This document shows positions 26,756 to 40,063 of a DNA stretch of 64,000 nucleotides, piece after piece. The stretch's first letter is position 1, and each line of letters opens with the position of its first letter. The translations under genes were made by a program, and so were the position numbers. Below the pieces are notes generated by a model, which did no database searches, was not told where the DNA came from, and saw only the letters and a program-made list of their open reading frames with translations. The DNA lies in assembly GCA_951406725.2 (NCBI GenBank), contig OX597830.1:50778001-50842000 (forward strand), given 5' to 3'. The stretch comes from Octopus vulgaris (lineage: Eukaryota).

Positions 26756-29559
26756 AGCGCTAAAAGAAGTTATTGCATTCTGATCCTTCATTTATAGAAA
26801 TCAGTTTGTTGGTCGACTGAGTTATAGAACATGACATATGATGCCAGACTCAAACCGATATAAACATAAACACAGGTACAGACTTGAACACGCAAAATGT
26901 ATCAACACGCGCGTGCATGTATTATGTATGTATGTATTTGTATTATGGCTTCTGAATTTACCTGTTTACTACATATTCCTTCATAAGTTATTTGTCACTC
27001 GAAGTCTATGACAGAAGATAACTGTATGTCGACCAGAGGAACAAACTCGAAACGATAGAGTTGTTATTCATACAGAATATATATTTTTTGTAATATAGGC
27101 TCAAAGTTTGAAATTTTGTAGCACTGGCGTCGAAATAATCGACGCCAGTGCTCATCCGGTACATATATAAATATTATGAAATGGCGAAGTCGAACTGGAC
27201 AGCATTTGAACTGAAAACAAAATATCGCTGGTAGTAATGCCACTTAGGCATCTTGACCGATCTCGTAACCTTTCTGCCACAGCTAGCCACCTTTATAGAA
27301 AATAATACTGAATTATAAAATTCCACAATGTAAAGTAAGATACCCAATTATGAAGTTCCACACCGAAGAATGCACTATTGTATTATTAACTTTTGTTATG
27401 AAGAATATAATACTCAATTCTATTCTAAAATGTAATTTTGTTTTGAAGCCTTAGTATGTTTCGAAATGTGAGATATATCAGGCTTCAGGTTGTTATTGCC
27501 GAGAATATATTTTAGTTTGTGGTTATTCAAAAGTCAGAAGTTTAAAGAAATCGGAGAAATATTTATTGGACAAAATATCTCGTAACATTTAGTAGTGGCT
27601 TTTAACTTTCGCAGTTCAGATCCCTCCGAGGCGAACGTCCAGTGTTAATATAAACGGTGATATCAATATCCCTTCATGAGTAGCTTTGATCCAAATTTCT
27701 ATAAGTTTAGAATGTTACTGAATGTTCATGTTTTACTGCACGAAAACGAAAATAGATGCTGAAATGTAAAACTAAATTCTTTGAATAGAAATGGATGAAA
27801 CCTGTGCAAAGTGACACTCCTGACGTGGCACGCCCAAACACGTGTCACTCTTGGAAAATACTCGAGTGGGTGACATTTGGCAGCTTTGTTTATATCGAAG
27901 TTATGATGAGTTTTAGAGTATAGGGAATTTTAACATTGATATGAGATCAACAATTTGTCTATATCATCTCCAGAATGTGAAAGGTACTTTATCTGACTGA
28001 CTCTGGAAGACTCTGAAATTCAATGTTGATCCGAGGTGGGTCTGAACTCGCAACATAAAAGAAAGGAAAGAAATTAGAGATGCGTCGTTATTCTTTCCGC
28101 CTGTTGACGAATTTTACCAAAATAACAGACACAACTGATAGCGGTGAAATAGTTTAAGTCCGTTGAACAGACTCCAGTATTTCACTTTATTTCACTTTAT
28201 TTCATTTTATCAATCTCGAAACTATCGAAATGCAAAGTCGACCACATCAGGATTTGAAATCGGAAAAGAACTAACGCAGGATGTTGTCTCTATTACTCCT
28301 CTAACACCTCTCTTGAAGATGACAAACATGATGATGATGATGTTGATGAAGACGACGATGACGACGACGATGATGATGATGAAGATGAAGATGGTAGAAT
28401 AATCTTATTAGATAATGACTTTATAACCGGTGAAACCATCAGAAAATTAGATTTTATGTCAAAGGAAAACCACATTTTCGAATTATTTGGAAAAACAGTG
28501 AACAGATTTAATACACGTCACTTCTTATTTCCTGTCTGTAGCCAACACAGTGGACAAAAGCAATTATAGAATTCTTGCAACCACAGAAGACCAGTTCTCC
28601 AGAGAATAGATTCTTTCTACAACGTATGTCATCTGCCCTCATGTCATGTTTGTTCTAGACTTGATAGTATTCAGATTAATGAGTGATGACTAACCTCAAG
28701 TCAACATTGATACCTCAATTCGAAACGATTAGATATATCAACGCACAAACAGCTCAAAATAGAAACGAACTGCTGAAAACTCGTCACGCAAACCGTATTT
28801 TTTTTTATTAATAAACAAACTTAGAATTGAATATTTGACGTGAGCTTATTGCTAAGAGGATTATAATAATCGTGAGTGTGCCTGTCTATACCAGTGACTC
28901 TTCTTCGCAAATAACCGCAGCGTTGCTGCAAAAATTCTAAAGAGGAACACCACCATCTCTCACCATCTATGTTGCCTGCTAAATAAATACAAACTCTTAG
29001 AAGGTATGGTTCTGTGGAATTATCGGAGATAAAATCTCTTCATAGACTGTTTTGTTAAAAATACATATGTGTATATATATATATATATATACCCACACAC
29101 ATGCACACACACACACATACGCACATACATGCACGCATGCACACGCGCACACCTACACGCATACACACACACACACGCACGTACACATACATACATACAC
29201 ACACGCATACATACACCCATACACATACATGCATCCTACACACACATACATACACACTCACACATACATACACACACACGCACTCACTCACACACCTGTA
29301 TGTTCGCGCACACACATGCACATACACACACTTCCCCACACCCACACGTACATACATACACACTCATACACACACACACACACACACACACGGACATACA
29401 TCTATGCACACACATATATACACACATACTCACATACATTCATCGGACACACTGCCACCCAGACATACACACAGACACACTCACACATCCACACACACAC
29501 ACATACGTACGCGCACACTCGCAGGCGCGCGCACACACGCGCTTGCGCCGGTTCGCGCA

Positions 29560-30377
29560 CGCATGCGCGCCGCATGCACCTCGCCCTTGGACCCGACGAG
29601 ACCTCCCGCCCGTTCCTGGGATGTCGCTTGTCGTTGGGTTTTCCCACGCCCGTCTCCGCGGGACCACTCTTCCATCTTCCCCTCCGCTGGAGTCCTTTTC
29701 CTACCCCCCCTTTTTTTCGTTACACACACGCGCACACATATACACACATTGCTTAAACATATACATTACTCTTACACACATTCAATCTACTCGCCACTAA
29801 TACTACCACGACACTGGACACACACACACACTACTACTCAACACACGCTGGCACGCTACATACGCCCCCACCCATTCCCCTCCCTCCCTTCCTCCTTCCT
29901 CCCTTTTCTTACTACTGACCTTTGTCTGCTATGCTGCTGCTATGCTGACCACCGTCTCGCCCTACCTCACACGCCTACACACAGACGCACACACTAACAC
30001 ATACATATATTTTTTTGTTTTTTTATCTCGCCTCACACACACACATACACACACGCACACGCACACACTCACACATACACACACATCTGTTGCGTTACCA
30101 ACCTTGTCTCCACTCTTTTTGCCTTTAAAACCCACTTTGCTCTTGTTATCGTAAACATCCGCCTTTCACCATGTGTAACTCCTAACACCAGTCGTTTTTT
30201 TCTCTATCTCCGTTGCCCGCTCCGGGATCTTTCTTTCCTCTCTCTTCCTTCTTTATGTTTCCGACGAAGAGCTCCGCTCGAAACGTCATACCTCCCTGCT
30301 TCCATTTCCTGAGCGCCTATTAATAATAATACTGTAATTGTTCCATTGTTGTTGTTTATTTGTTTCCCGTTTGGATT

Positions 30378-30385
<8 letters not shown>
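29560..30385 (+). mobile_element. Penelope-derived non-coding element (family P3) with (CA)-rich body, ending in (TA)n
   Basis: Contains the hammerhead at 30257-30291 about 90 nt before the (TA)n tract. A related motif is at 62351-62385. Confidence 0.5.
30257..30291 (+). ncRNA. Minimal type I hammerhead ribozyme
   Basis: GTTT-CCGACGA-A-GAGC tcc GCTC-GAA-ACGT-C-ATAC: palindromic stem III ACGT, GUC cleavage triplet. Confidence 0.75.
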
Positions 30386-30419
<34 letters not shown>

Positions 30420-30558
30420 CGAAGGTGTACTTTCGTAGCAAGTGACCTGATCTGAGATCGTGTGCGGGAACGAAAACAACTTCAGCGTGGAAGGTGTTTA
30501 TAAGCCATTCAAGTAACACACAAAATGTTAGATTCACTTCAACATTTAAATTTAATAT

Positions 30559-30603
30559 GTCAAAATATTTTCGTCGCTTTGAGACCGCGACCTGTTCACT
30601 GAC
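30559..30603 (-). ncRNA. Minimal type I hammerhead with G3:C8 core variant
   Basis: Minus strand GTCA-GTGAACA-G-GTCGC ggtctcaaa GCGAC-GAA-AATATT-T-TGAC. Confidence 0.6.
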
Positions 30604-30791
30604 GAAATTCTGTGCTGCATCAAAATGTAATAAGTTTTTTTTTTACTTATTATGTATTGTTTATTCATTTTTGTCCTTTTTATAATCTAGTTATATGTTT
30701 TTAAAGAATATATTCTATTTTTTTTATTTATGATTTGGTTTATGTATACCATTGTTTGAATTGCATAATAGTGGCAATAGTGTTTTTTCTA

Positions 30792-30853
<62 letters not shown>

Positions 30854-30965
30854 ATATATATATGTATATACGTATATATATGTATATGTATATGTATATG
30901 TATGTATATATATATATATACATATATGTGTGTGTGTATGTATGTATATATATATATATATATAT

Positions 30966-31016
<51 letters not shown>

Positions 31017-31159
31017 AATATTTATATACATACATATATATATATACATACATATATATATGTTTTCGAGACGCATTAATTTTAATGGTTATTGACAATT
31101 TTGTCTGTTTTTCGGCATATTTGGCATTATAATTTTTCTTTTGCCCTTATTTTATAAGT

Positions 31160-31237
<78 letters not shown>

Positions 31238-32204
31238 TGTATGTACGTAGGCTACCAGGGGCTGGAATGGAGATAACAGACCTCCAACGAAATCATTTGT
31301 TCTCAACTATATATCTATCCTTCTAATAGCTTTTGGATAGTTATAAAAACAAGAACTCCGTAAGCTAAAGGCAGTTACTGAGAGCGACCATCAGTGAGTG
31401 TGAACGTTATTGTTGCACTTTCTTCATTTCATTCTTAAACATTAAACACTTCATTCTTACATTTATATACAACTGAAGCCACTAAAAGAATACAAAAACA
31501 AGATAACACACACACACACATACACGCGCATATATATGGAGCTCCTGATGAAGATTGTTTGAGAGAGAAACGGATGACGTCAGCTGCTGAGCAGCATTGA
31601 AATAAGTTGCTCTCGTTCTGCATGTGATCATAGAACATTTATACTGAACGAAGTTTCCATTGGTTTTAGTTAATAGATTTTATTATGCGTGTGTTTGTAT
31701 GTGTGAGCGTGTGCGCGTGTGAATGTATCTTTGCATATATATATGTGTCTGTGCTTATGGTCTGAGTCAGCGCAGTTGTACGCCTTTCTGTCAAAGCGTA
31801 GTTTATCGATCCGAAAAATATATCGATAAATTACGTACCAGACAAAAATTGCTGTCGATATAATCGAATGAATACCTTGAAGTTTGTGTCCCAGTATGGC
31901 CGCAGTTCAGTGACTATAACCGTTAATTTTTTTTTTTCGTTTTGTAAATGTATTACACCATAAAACTGAAGTTAACAGTCCAGAAAATTAAAAACTTATT
32001 TACAACATTTTGTGTCAGACATTTTGGCATTTATTTCTTCGTTTGTTTATATTTCTAATAATAACTTGACTGATGAAAGGTAGCAAATAATAATGATATT
32101 GATACATTGAAGAAATTAGCTAAACGCGTGAAGTCTAACTTTAATCTTTTTATATTCCTTATAATACCCCGAATAATGAAAGGTGGGTCACGTTAAAAAT
32201 GTTG

Positions 32205-32289
<85 letters not shown>

Positions 32290-32535
32290 TGTGTACAGTG
32301 CTCAGGTGCGCTACAACTCATCTAAAGTGTATATATAATCAGGTGTAGTTTCGGCGGATTTCGGAAAGCATGAGGGCCTTAAAGGATGCAGTGTCATGGT
32401 AGTCAACAACTGATGCAGGCAGTTTATTCCATGCTTCAGCAACTCTGAGCGTGAAAAAATGTTTCCGAAAGTCATGGTAGCTGTGCTGTTTTCTGACTTT
32501 GTAGGCATGTCCACGTGTGTTAGACACATGGAGAT
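32290..32535 (-). mobile_element. CR1/L2-group LINE 3' end with (ATT)n tail
   Basis: TRGHAYKV...RKHFFTLRVAEAWNKLPASVV....ASFK is the canonical CR1-type ORF2 C-terminus. Confidence 0.9.
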
Positions 32536-32574
32536 GTTGCGAAACACGTGTGGGCTAATGGTTATACTTTCATA

Positions 32575-32764
32575 AAGACGCAGGCATGGGTGTGAGGTTA
32601 AGAAGCTTGCTTCCCAACCTCATGGTTGTGGGTTCATACCCAATCTGTAGCACCTTAGGTAAATGTCTTCTACTATAACCTCGGGCCCACCGAAGCCTTG
32701 TGAGTGGATTTGGTAGAAGGAAACTGAATGAAAGCGTCGTATATGTGTGTGGGAGAGGGAGATA

Positions 32765-32797
<33 letters not shown>

Positions 32798-33020
32798 GCC
32801 GTGCATGTGTGTATGTGAGTATGTGTGTGCTTTTGTATTCGCTTGTTAATCTGTCTTGGTATGTTTACATCCCTGTAAGACACCGGTTCGGCAAAACAGA
32901 CCGATAGAATAAGTATCAGGTTTAACAGAAATAAGTGCTCTGATCCATTCCTTCGATTAAAATTACTTCAATGCAGCGCACCGGCATAGCTGCTGCCTAA
33001 CGACTGAGACAAGTAAGATA
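32575..33020 (+). mobile_element. SINE family S2
   Basis: tRNA head, CACCTTAGGTAAATGTCTTCTACTATA, internal (TG)n and 3' module. Confidence 0.8.
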
Positions 33021-33377
33021 TAAAATATTTATCATAATAACCCGACTGATGAAGGACGTGTAACAATAATATTGATATAAAGGGACGTTTCGAAACATTT
33101 ATTGTAACGCCTAATCTGCTTATAATGCTGGTCATAATCCTATCGACGAGAAGGAGATAACACTGACAGAGAGGTTAAGAGATATTGCTAAACACGCTTA
33201 ATCTGTCTCTTACTTTATCAAATATGTCCTTCGTTTCTCGCTTATTTAAAAACTAATATTTGATTCGGGGGAGAACCAGCTACTATTTCTAATGCATCAA
33301 TTACCAAACAAAAGCTCCCCCATAGTTGTTGCTGCTGTTATTATTGTTATTGTTGCAGTTGTTGCTTGTTTGTTTGT

Positions 33378-33730
33378 TGAGCGAAGCGGTCTTCGTCCCA
33401 TAGTGGGAGAAGCCCGAAACGTGGTCCTTTGCTATTCGTAAGATCCGCAGAAGTGAAAGCAGGTCAACCCCCGACACCGAGAGCATCGACGGATGGATGA
33501 ATGCGCATCCAGCCTCAGCGGTTGCGTAGGAAGTCGGGGACAAGAAACAGGAAGAAAGAGTGAGAGAAAGTTTGAGCGAAAGAGTACAACAGGGGTCGCC
33601 ACCATTCCCTGCCAGGACCTCGTGAAGCTTTAGGTGTTTTCGCTCAATAAACACACACAACGCCCGGTCTGGGAAACGAAACTGCGATCCTCCGACCGCG
33701 AGTCCGCTGCCCTAGCCACTGGGCCATTGC
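33378..33730 (-). mobile_element. tRNA-derived SINE family S3
   Basis: Minus-strand head GCAATGGCCCAGTGGCTAGGGCAGCGGACTCGCGGTCGGAGGATCGCAGTTTCGTTTCCCAG. Simple-repeat tail. Confidence 0.75.
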
Positions 33731-33884
33731 TTCTCCTGCTGTTGTGGCTGTTGTTCTTGTTGCTGTTCTCATTGGTTAACTCATGTTAACTGTGATTTAA
33801 TAGGTGCATGATCAAAAGGCCTTCTCGCCGCCACCATCCCGTCTATATTCAATTCGAGTATGAATGATCCCTAGAGTATGGACA

Positions 33885-34292
33885 GGCTCAAGTATGGCCG
33901 TGTGGTAAGAAGTTTGCTTCTCAGCCACATGCTTCCGGGTTCAGTCCCACTGCCTGACACTTTTTACCTTTTACTATAGCGTTAGATCAACCAAAGCCTT
34001 GTGAATGGACGGAAACTGAAAGAAAACCGGTGTACATATGCATATATATATATATATATATATAAATGAATGTGTGTGTGTCTTTGTGTCTGTGCTTCAC
34101 CTCCTCTACCGTTTGACAACCGGTGTCGTGTGTTACGTCCCCTTAAATTAGCGACTCAGCAAAAGAGACTGATAGAATAAGTACCAGACTTAAACAAAGG
34201 AAATAAGGTTTGGGGTCAATTAGTTCGACAAAAATTCCTCAAAGTGGTGCCCCAGCATGGCCGCAGTCGAATGAGTGATACAGGCAAAAAGA
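33885..34292 (+). mobile_element. SINE family S2
   Basis: TGGCCGTGTGGTAAGAAG ... GGTTCAGTCCCACTGC, internal (TA)(TG) and 3' module. Confidence 0.8.
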
Positions 34293-35131
34293 AAGAAGAA
34301 ACAAAAATCCAACATCACACTACACTACACTGCTGTCCAACTTGCTAGAAACAGCAGCTACAACTCTCACAATTCATATTCTATCATCATGAAAACAATG
34401 TGAAACACTGGATATTATGGCCCTAGGAAATTAATGGTTGATAAAATAAAAAGGTGGCCACGGATGATCCTTAATCTGTTTAGTCAGTGTTTAGATTAAA
34501 CAACAGCAGTAATAGGTCAAGAATTAGTGGAAAATAGCTTAATATTGATGGGTTAGTAGGGCAAGAACAGTCACAACAATAGTTTCAAATTTTGGCACAA
34601 AGACCAGAAATTTTAGGAGACGGGTTCCGTCGATCACATCAAGCCTGTGCTCAAATGCTGCTCAGTTTATTGACTCCGAAAAACTGAAACGCAAAAACCG
34701 ACATCGTCGAACCCTGAATTCTACACGTGAAACCGTAAGAAATGCTATTAAGCATTTTGCCTGTCGAACTTAACGACTTTTCCAGTACGAAAGTCTCAAA
34801 TGTTAGAATATGTTTAGTCCATTGGGCTTATTGTCTCAACCAGGAACACCGCTGACAACAGCAGCATCAATAATAGCAAAAGCAAGGGAAAAAGAAGGAA
34901 GAGGAGGGGGAGGAGGAGAGAAGGAGAAGAAGAAGAAGAAGAAGAAGAAGAAGAAGAAGAGGAAGTGGAAGAGGAAGAAGAAGAAAAAGTAGAAGAAGAA
35001 GAAGAAGAAGAACAACAACAACAACAACAACAACAATAACAATACCAGTAGCAATGAATTGAGTTCTGACATATTAGAGAACAACAGTAAGTTCAACAGC
35101 AGTAACAAGAAGAATATTGATGGGTTAGATT

Positions 35132-35370
35132 CAATGGTTTTCAGCTGGGTCCACGCAACCCGTAGAGGCCCATATAAGATTTAGTTATTAAAAATTATAT
35201 GCAATAAACTGCTTGTGCACAAAATATTTTAACATTTTTTAAAATACAATTCCTTATAATACTTAAGCATAAAAACAGGGTTTTTCTAAAACTTCAAATG
35301 GTTATGGGGTCCAATAGAGTAAAACATGTATCAAATGGGTCCACGGGCAAAAAATGGTTGAGAACCACTG
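35132..35370. mobile_element. hAT (Charlie-like) MITE
   Basis: Termini CAATGGTTTTCAGC / GTTGAGAACCACTG (consensus CAGTGGTTCTCAAC) and subterminal GGGTCCA repeats. Confidence 0.75.
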
Positions 35371-36699
35371 GGTGAGCGGAACGTCAATACCATGAAGAAC
35401 AACAATAACATCACCAATAACAGAAATACTATCAAGCAAATAATTAATGGGAGGGAGCAGCAGTTGTCTTATTTATGTTGTGTGCCATTGCTTGAATTAC
35501 TTACTCTTGACTCTGCAACCCTTGTTTTATATCTTCACTAATGTCATTCATGTAAGGTCCTCCGTTTCCACTATTTCATGAACCACTTTTTGACTCACTC
35601 TCTGCAGTGCTGCAACTTGATTCGTTCTTCTTCATATTTCTTCTTCATTCGCTCTCCTTTGTGCCCCAACATGAATTAATTCTGTTTTTTCATTAACCAC
35701 TCTTTGATCCTTTTCTTTGGGCACCGCGATTGATCAACTTCTGCATATGCTGTTGTTCAATCCCTTCTGTACGTGCCTCAGTTGATCCACTTCTGTGTGC
35801 GACGTTGTTGATCAAATCCTCCCGTGTGCTTCTATTGATCTCTTCCTGAGTGTGACACTGTTGATCCAGTCCAACGTGTACATCCCTCCGTCTGTCGATG
35901 TCGATCCCCTTCCTTATGTTCCGCAGATGATCCATTCTGCAGTTAATCTACTCCTCTGAATTGCTGCTGCCAAACAACGTCGGTGTTTTCCACTGTTGAT
36001 TTCACACCTATTCCTACCCTTCTTTAACCATTCGTCCTATTTGTACAATTACTCGAGTCATTTCCACTCGTAACTAGGATGAACAACTCCGGTATGTGTC
36101 GCCACTACTGTTTCTGCTACTAATTAGCTTTACAAGAACAGATAATTAATAAAGCCACGTTAACGAGAGGAAACAATTCAGTGAGGTGCCAAAAGGCTGG
36201 GTGGGAAGGAAGGGAAGAGAAGGAGGTTCTACGGAAATCTATTTAAGCAAAACTGTTTCCAAATGGCTAATATAAATCAAAGCTTGCTCCTTACGTTCAC
36301 CTTCCCTTTTAGCTTTCTTTCTTTCTTCCTGTCGCACCCTCTCACGTTCTCTTTCGCTACTCATCTCGTTTTTCTCTTCGTCTTCTTATTACTGTAAATA
36401 ATTACCAATCATTGACAAGGAACATCGAGGAGAGAAACTATTAATGAATGGTTCCGTTAGAATCATTAAAGACATGTCAAAACATACATCAATTCGATCG
36501 CCCGGAACACTCAAAACATTTCTTCTTCACCACCACACACACCTCTGAAGAATCTAAAATATTGAGAAAAAGAATCTAGCAAGCATATTCAGCGGATATG
36601 GGGCGGGAGACGTTGTTTTATCGGCAACGGGGTAAGTTTGCCAATTCTTGACACCAGGGTCAGCGGTTCGATTCTTGTGTATATTTAATTTTCTTTGTA

Positions 36700-37385
36700 C
36701 CTTTTTTTTTCGTTTACTTGTTTCAGTCATTGGACAGCGTTCATGCTGGAGTACTACCGAGTAGGGTGTAGTCGAGTAAATAAATCCCAGCAAGTATTTT
36801 AAAAACCTGGTACTTGTATCAGTTTTCTGTTTCCCAAACCTATTTTTTTACTACCCACAAGGGGCTAAATACAGAGAGAACAAACAAGGACAGACAAAAG
36901 GATTATGTCGATTACATCGACCCCAGTACGTAACTGGTACTTAATTTATCGATCCCGAAAAGATGAAAGGCAAAGTCGACCTAGGCGGAATTTGAACTCA
37001 GAACATAAAGACAGACGAAATACCGCTACGCATTTCGCCCGACGTGCTAACGTTTCTGCCAGCTCGCCGCCTTCCTTTTCCCAAACCGCCAAGTTACAGG
37101 ACGCAAACAAACCAACTCCAGTTGTTACACAGGAGGCGGGAAAATACGAAGACACATACGCTCGCGCGCGCATGCACTTGGGACCACACACAGACACACA
37201 AACAGACAGAGACACACACACAGATTTATACAACTGGCTTTCAGTTTGCGTCTATCAAATCGTCTTGCACGGCTTTGGTTTGCCCGGGATTACATAAAAG
37301 AAGAGAGTTTGCCCAATGTGCCACGCAGTGGGACTGAACCTGAAGCTCTCTGGTTGAGAAGCTTTTTATCACACATAATTCCATG
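36700..37385 (-). mobile_element. S2 SINE interrupted by an S1 SINE (36841-37076)
   Basis: 11 bp target-site duplication TTTCCCAAACC at 36830-36840 and 37077-37087. Confidence 0.85.
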
Positions 37386-38115
37386 TAATTTCTAGAGTGT
37401 CTGACCACGAGGAAGGCATTACCGCTGCACATTCACCTTCCCCCGCTCAGACGCTTCAAACATATTTATGACCCATGAAACTAGTTTGAAGACGTTAGAC
37501 TTAATTTATGTCACTGATGTATTTAATAGAAAAATATGAACGCCACCTTGGCACTTTACAATTTACCGTCTTCGAGATATATTGAAGCATCACTATTATG
37601 ACATCTTTCAAAGAATGCCAACATTCATAAATAAATTATCTTTAGTAATGGGTTGGTTAACTCGTTAATTTTCGCCATTTTTTCCATTATACTGATATAT
37701 CTGTTTACTCTGGTGTGATAGTTGTTGTTGTTGTTGTTGTTATCAAATGGTGGAGGAAATTAATATCTCCACCGGCACCACCATCGATATCACTTTCCTG
37801 CTCATAATCTTCATTACTATCATCGCCATTTCCAGCACAATATCACCGCCGCCACCATCCCTCTTTACACCTACTTACCACCGCCTGCACCACTACCGTT
37901 ACTACCAGCCCCATCACCAGCATCATCACCAGCATCATCGTCGTCGTTATTAGTAGATGCAAAAAATCGGTAGAACTCTGAACAGAATACTTGATGGCGT
38001 GTAATCACTTTCCTCTACATTTTGGTTTCAAATTCGCCCGAAACCGCCATTGCCTTTCGTTTTCAGCTCTTGGATTGTGGATTATGATGTCCTCATCACC
38101 GTCGTCATAGTAACC

Positions 38116-38340
38116 TATTTCTTTACTACCCACAAGGGGCTAAACAAAGAGAGGACGAACAAGGACGGACAAACGGATTAAGTCGATCATATCGACCCCA
38201 GTGCGTAACTGGTACTTATTTAATCGACCCCGAAAGGATGAAAGGCAAAGTCGACCTCGGCGGAATTTGAACTCAGAACGTAGCGACAGATGAAATACTG
38301 ATGAGCATTTTGCCCGGCGTGCTAACGATTCTGCAAGCTC
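38116..38340 (-). mobile_element. S1 SINE with target-site duplication
   Basis: GTCGTCATAGTAACC at 38101-38115 and 38341-38355. Confidence 0.9.
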
Positions 38341-38660
38341 GTCGTCATAGTAACCATCACATCATCCTCATCGTTCTCGTCCTCGTCCTCATCAATACTG
38401 TCGCCCTCCCCTTCTCCTCGTCATTGCCACCGCCGTCATTCCCATAATTTCGCTTGTAATGAAAACATCGCTAATTTCCCATATCTGTAAGAGTATTCGA
38501 ACATTACCTGTGACGATAGACACGAGTATTTAGTTCTTGGAATATACGAATGGTATTTAGTCCCATTAAATATTGGTAGATTTAAACAGATTTATCGTTG
38601 CTTCTCGAAGATATAAAATGTAATTTTGTTTGATGTGCGAAATGAGAATCTTGATGCTTT

Positions 38661-38661
<1 letters not shown>

Positions 38662-38713
<52 letters not shown>

Positions 38714-38724
38714 TGATGATGATG

Positions 38725-38788
<64 letters not shown>

Positions 38789-38841
38789 TAATAATAATAA
38801 TAATGATAATAATGATAATAATAATAATAATAATAATGATG

Positions 38842-38887
<46 letters not shown>

Positions 38888-38898
38888 TGATGATGATG

Positions 38899-38938
<40 letters not shown>

Positions 38939-39119
38939 TGATGATAATAATAATAATAATGATAATGATAACGATAATAATAATAATAATAATAATAATA
39001 ATCATGTTGATGATGATGATTATGATGATGATGATGATGATGATGGTGGAGGTGGTGGTGGTGGTGATGGTGTAGTGGTAGTAGTAGTAATAGTAGCAGT
39101 TGTAGACGTAGTCGTAGTC

Positions 39120-39172
<53 letters not shown>

Positions 39173-39173
39173 C

Positions 39174-39221
<48 letters not shown>

Positions 39222-39229
39222 TCAGCAGC

Positions 39230-39290
<61 letters not shown>

Positions 39291-39299
39291 ATGATGATG
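38662..39299. repeat. Compound trinucleotide microsatellite (AAT/GAT, then GGT, then AGT)
   Basis: Directly visible, about 640 bp. Confidence 0.97.
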
Positions 39300-39627
39300 C
39301 CGACATCCTTAGGAAAACCCTATTAATTTAAATGTCTGTGCTGTACTACTACTACCGCTGCCACTTCCCTACCACAAGCTTTCAGCCATACTGCAACATC
39401 ACTCAAACTTCACTGGCACAGGATGCTGGGTGTGTCTGGGTAAGGGATTGTAACAAACATACAGATTAAAAATAAATAACAACAGCACCACCACCACCAA
39501 CAACAACAACAAAAACAATAATAATAATTATGATAATAATCCTAATAATAGTAATAATAATGGTAATGATAGCCACTGTGGTTTTGGAGACGACACAATT
39601 CGAACACATTATATATATATATATATA

Positions 39628-40015
39628 CTAGCAGTATCGCCCGGCGTTGCTCGGGTTTGTAAGGGAAATAACTATATAAGCATTTTTAGAGAGTTATAGC
39701 CAAAAAATAGCAAACATATGCATTAAAAATGGAAAAAAAATTATGGTAACTTTTTTTTTTAAATCGTAGACATTTTTAGAGAGTTACTTCCCTTATATAA
39801 TAGCGAAAAAAATGCATTAAAATGGAAAAAATCATGGTAAATTATTTTTAAAATCGTAGATTCATCGTAGACGCGCGCTAATACCCAGAAGGGCTCGATA
39901 TGAATCACGACTATAAGATACCCGGTTTTGGTTAAACTGCACCGCAAAATGTGGGAGTAGTTAGGAATCTAAATCGTAGGAGACAGACACACAACTTGAC
40001 TTTTATATATAAAGA
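39628..40015 (-). mobile_element. Non-autonomous Helitron
   Basis: Minus strand begins A|TCTTTATATATAAAAG and ends CCCGAGCAACGCCGGG (hairpin) CGATACTG-CTAG|T. Inserted between A and T. Confidence 0.8.
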
Positions 40016-40063
40016 TGTGTGTAATTTCATACATGTGTACGTGTCAATACAAATACAGAGAGG

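Noticed and set aside
31539-31595. CTGATGA ... GAAAC ... GTC hammerhead-like spacing
   Set aside because: No stem II pairing and stem I is out of register, so probably chance.
35500-35950. Coding-looking purine-rich minus-strand segment (80 aa ORF)
   Set aside because: No recognisable domain and stops in adjacent sequence. Possibly an ancient TE, but unsupported.
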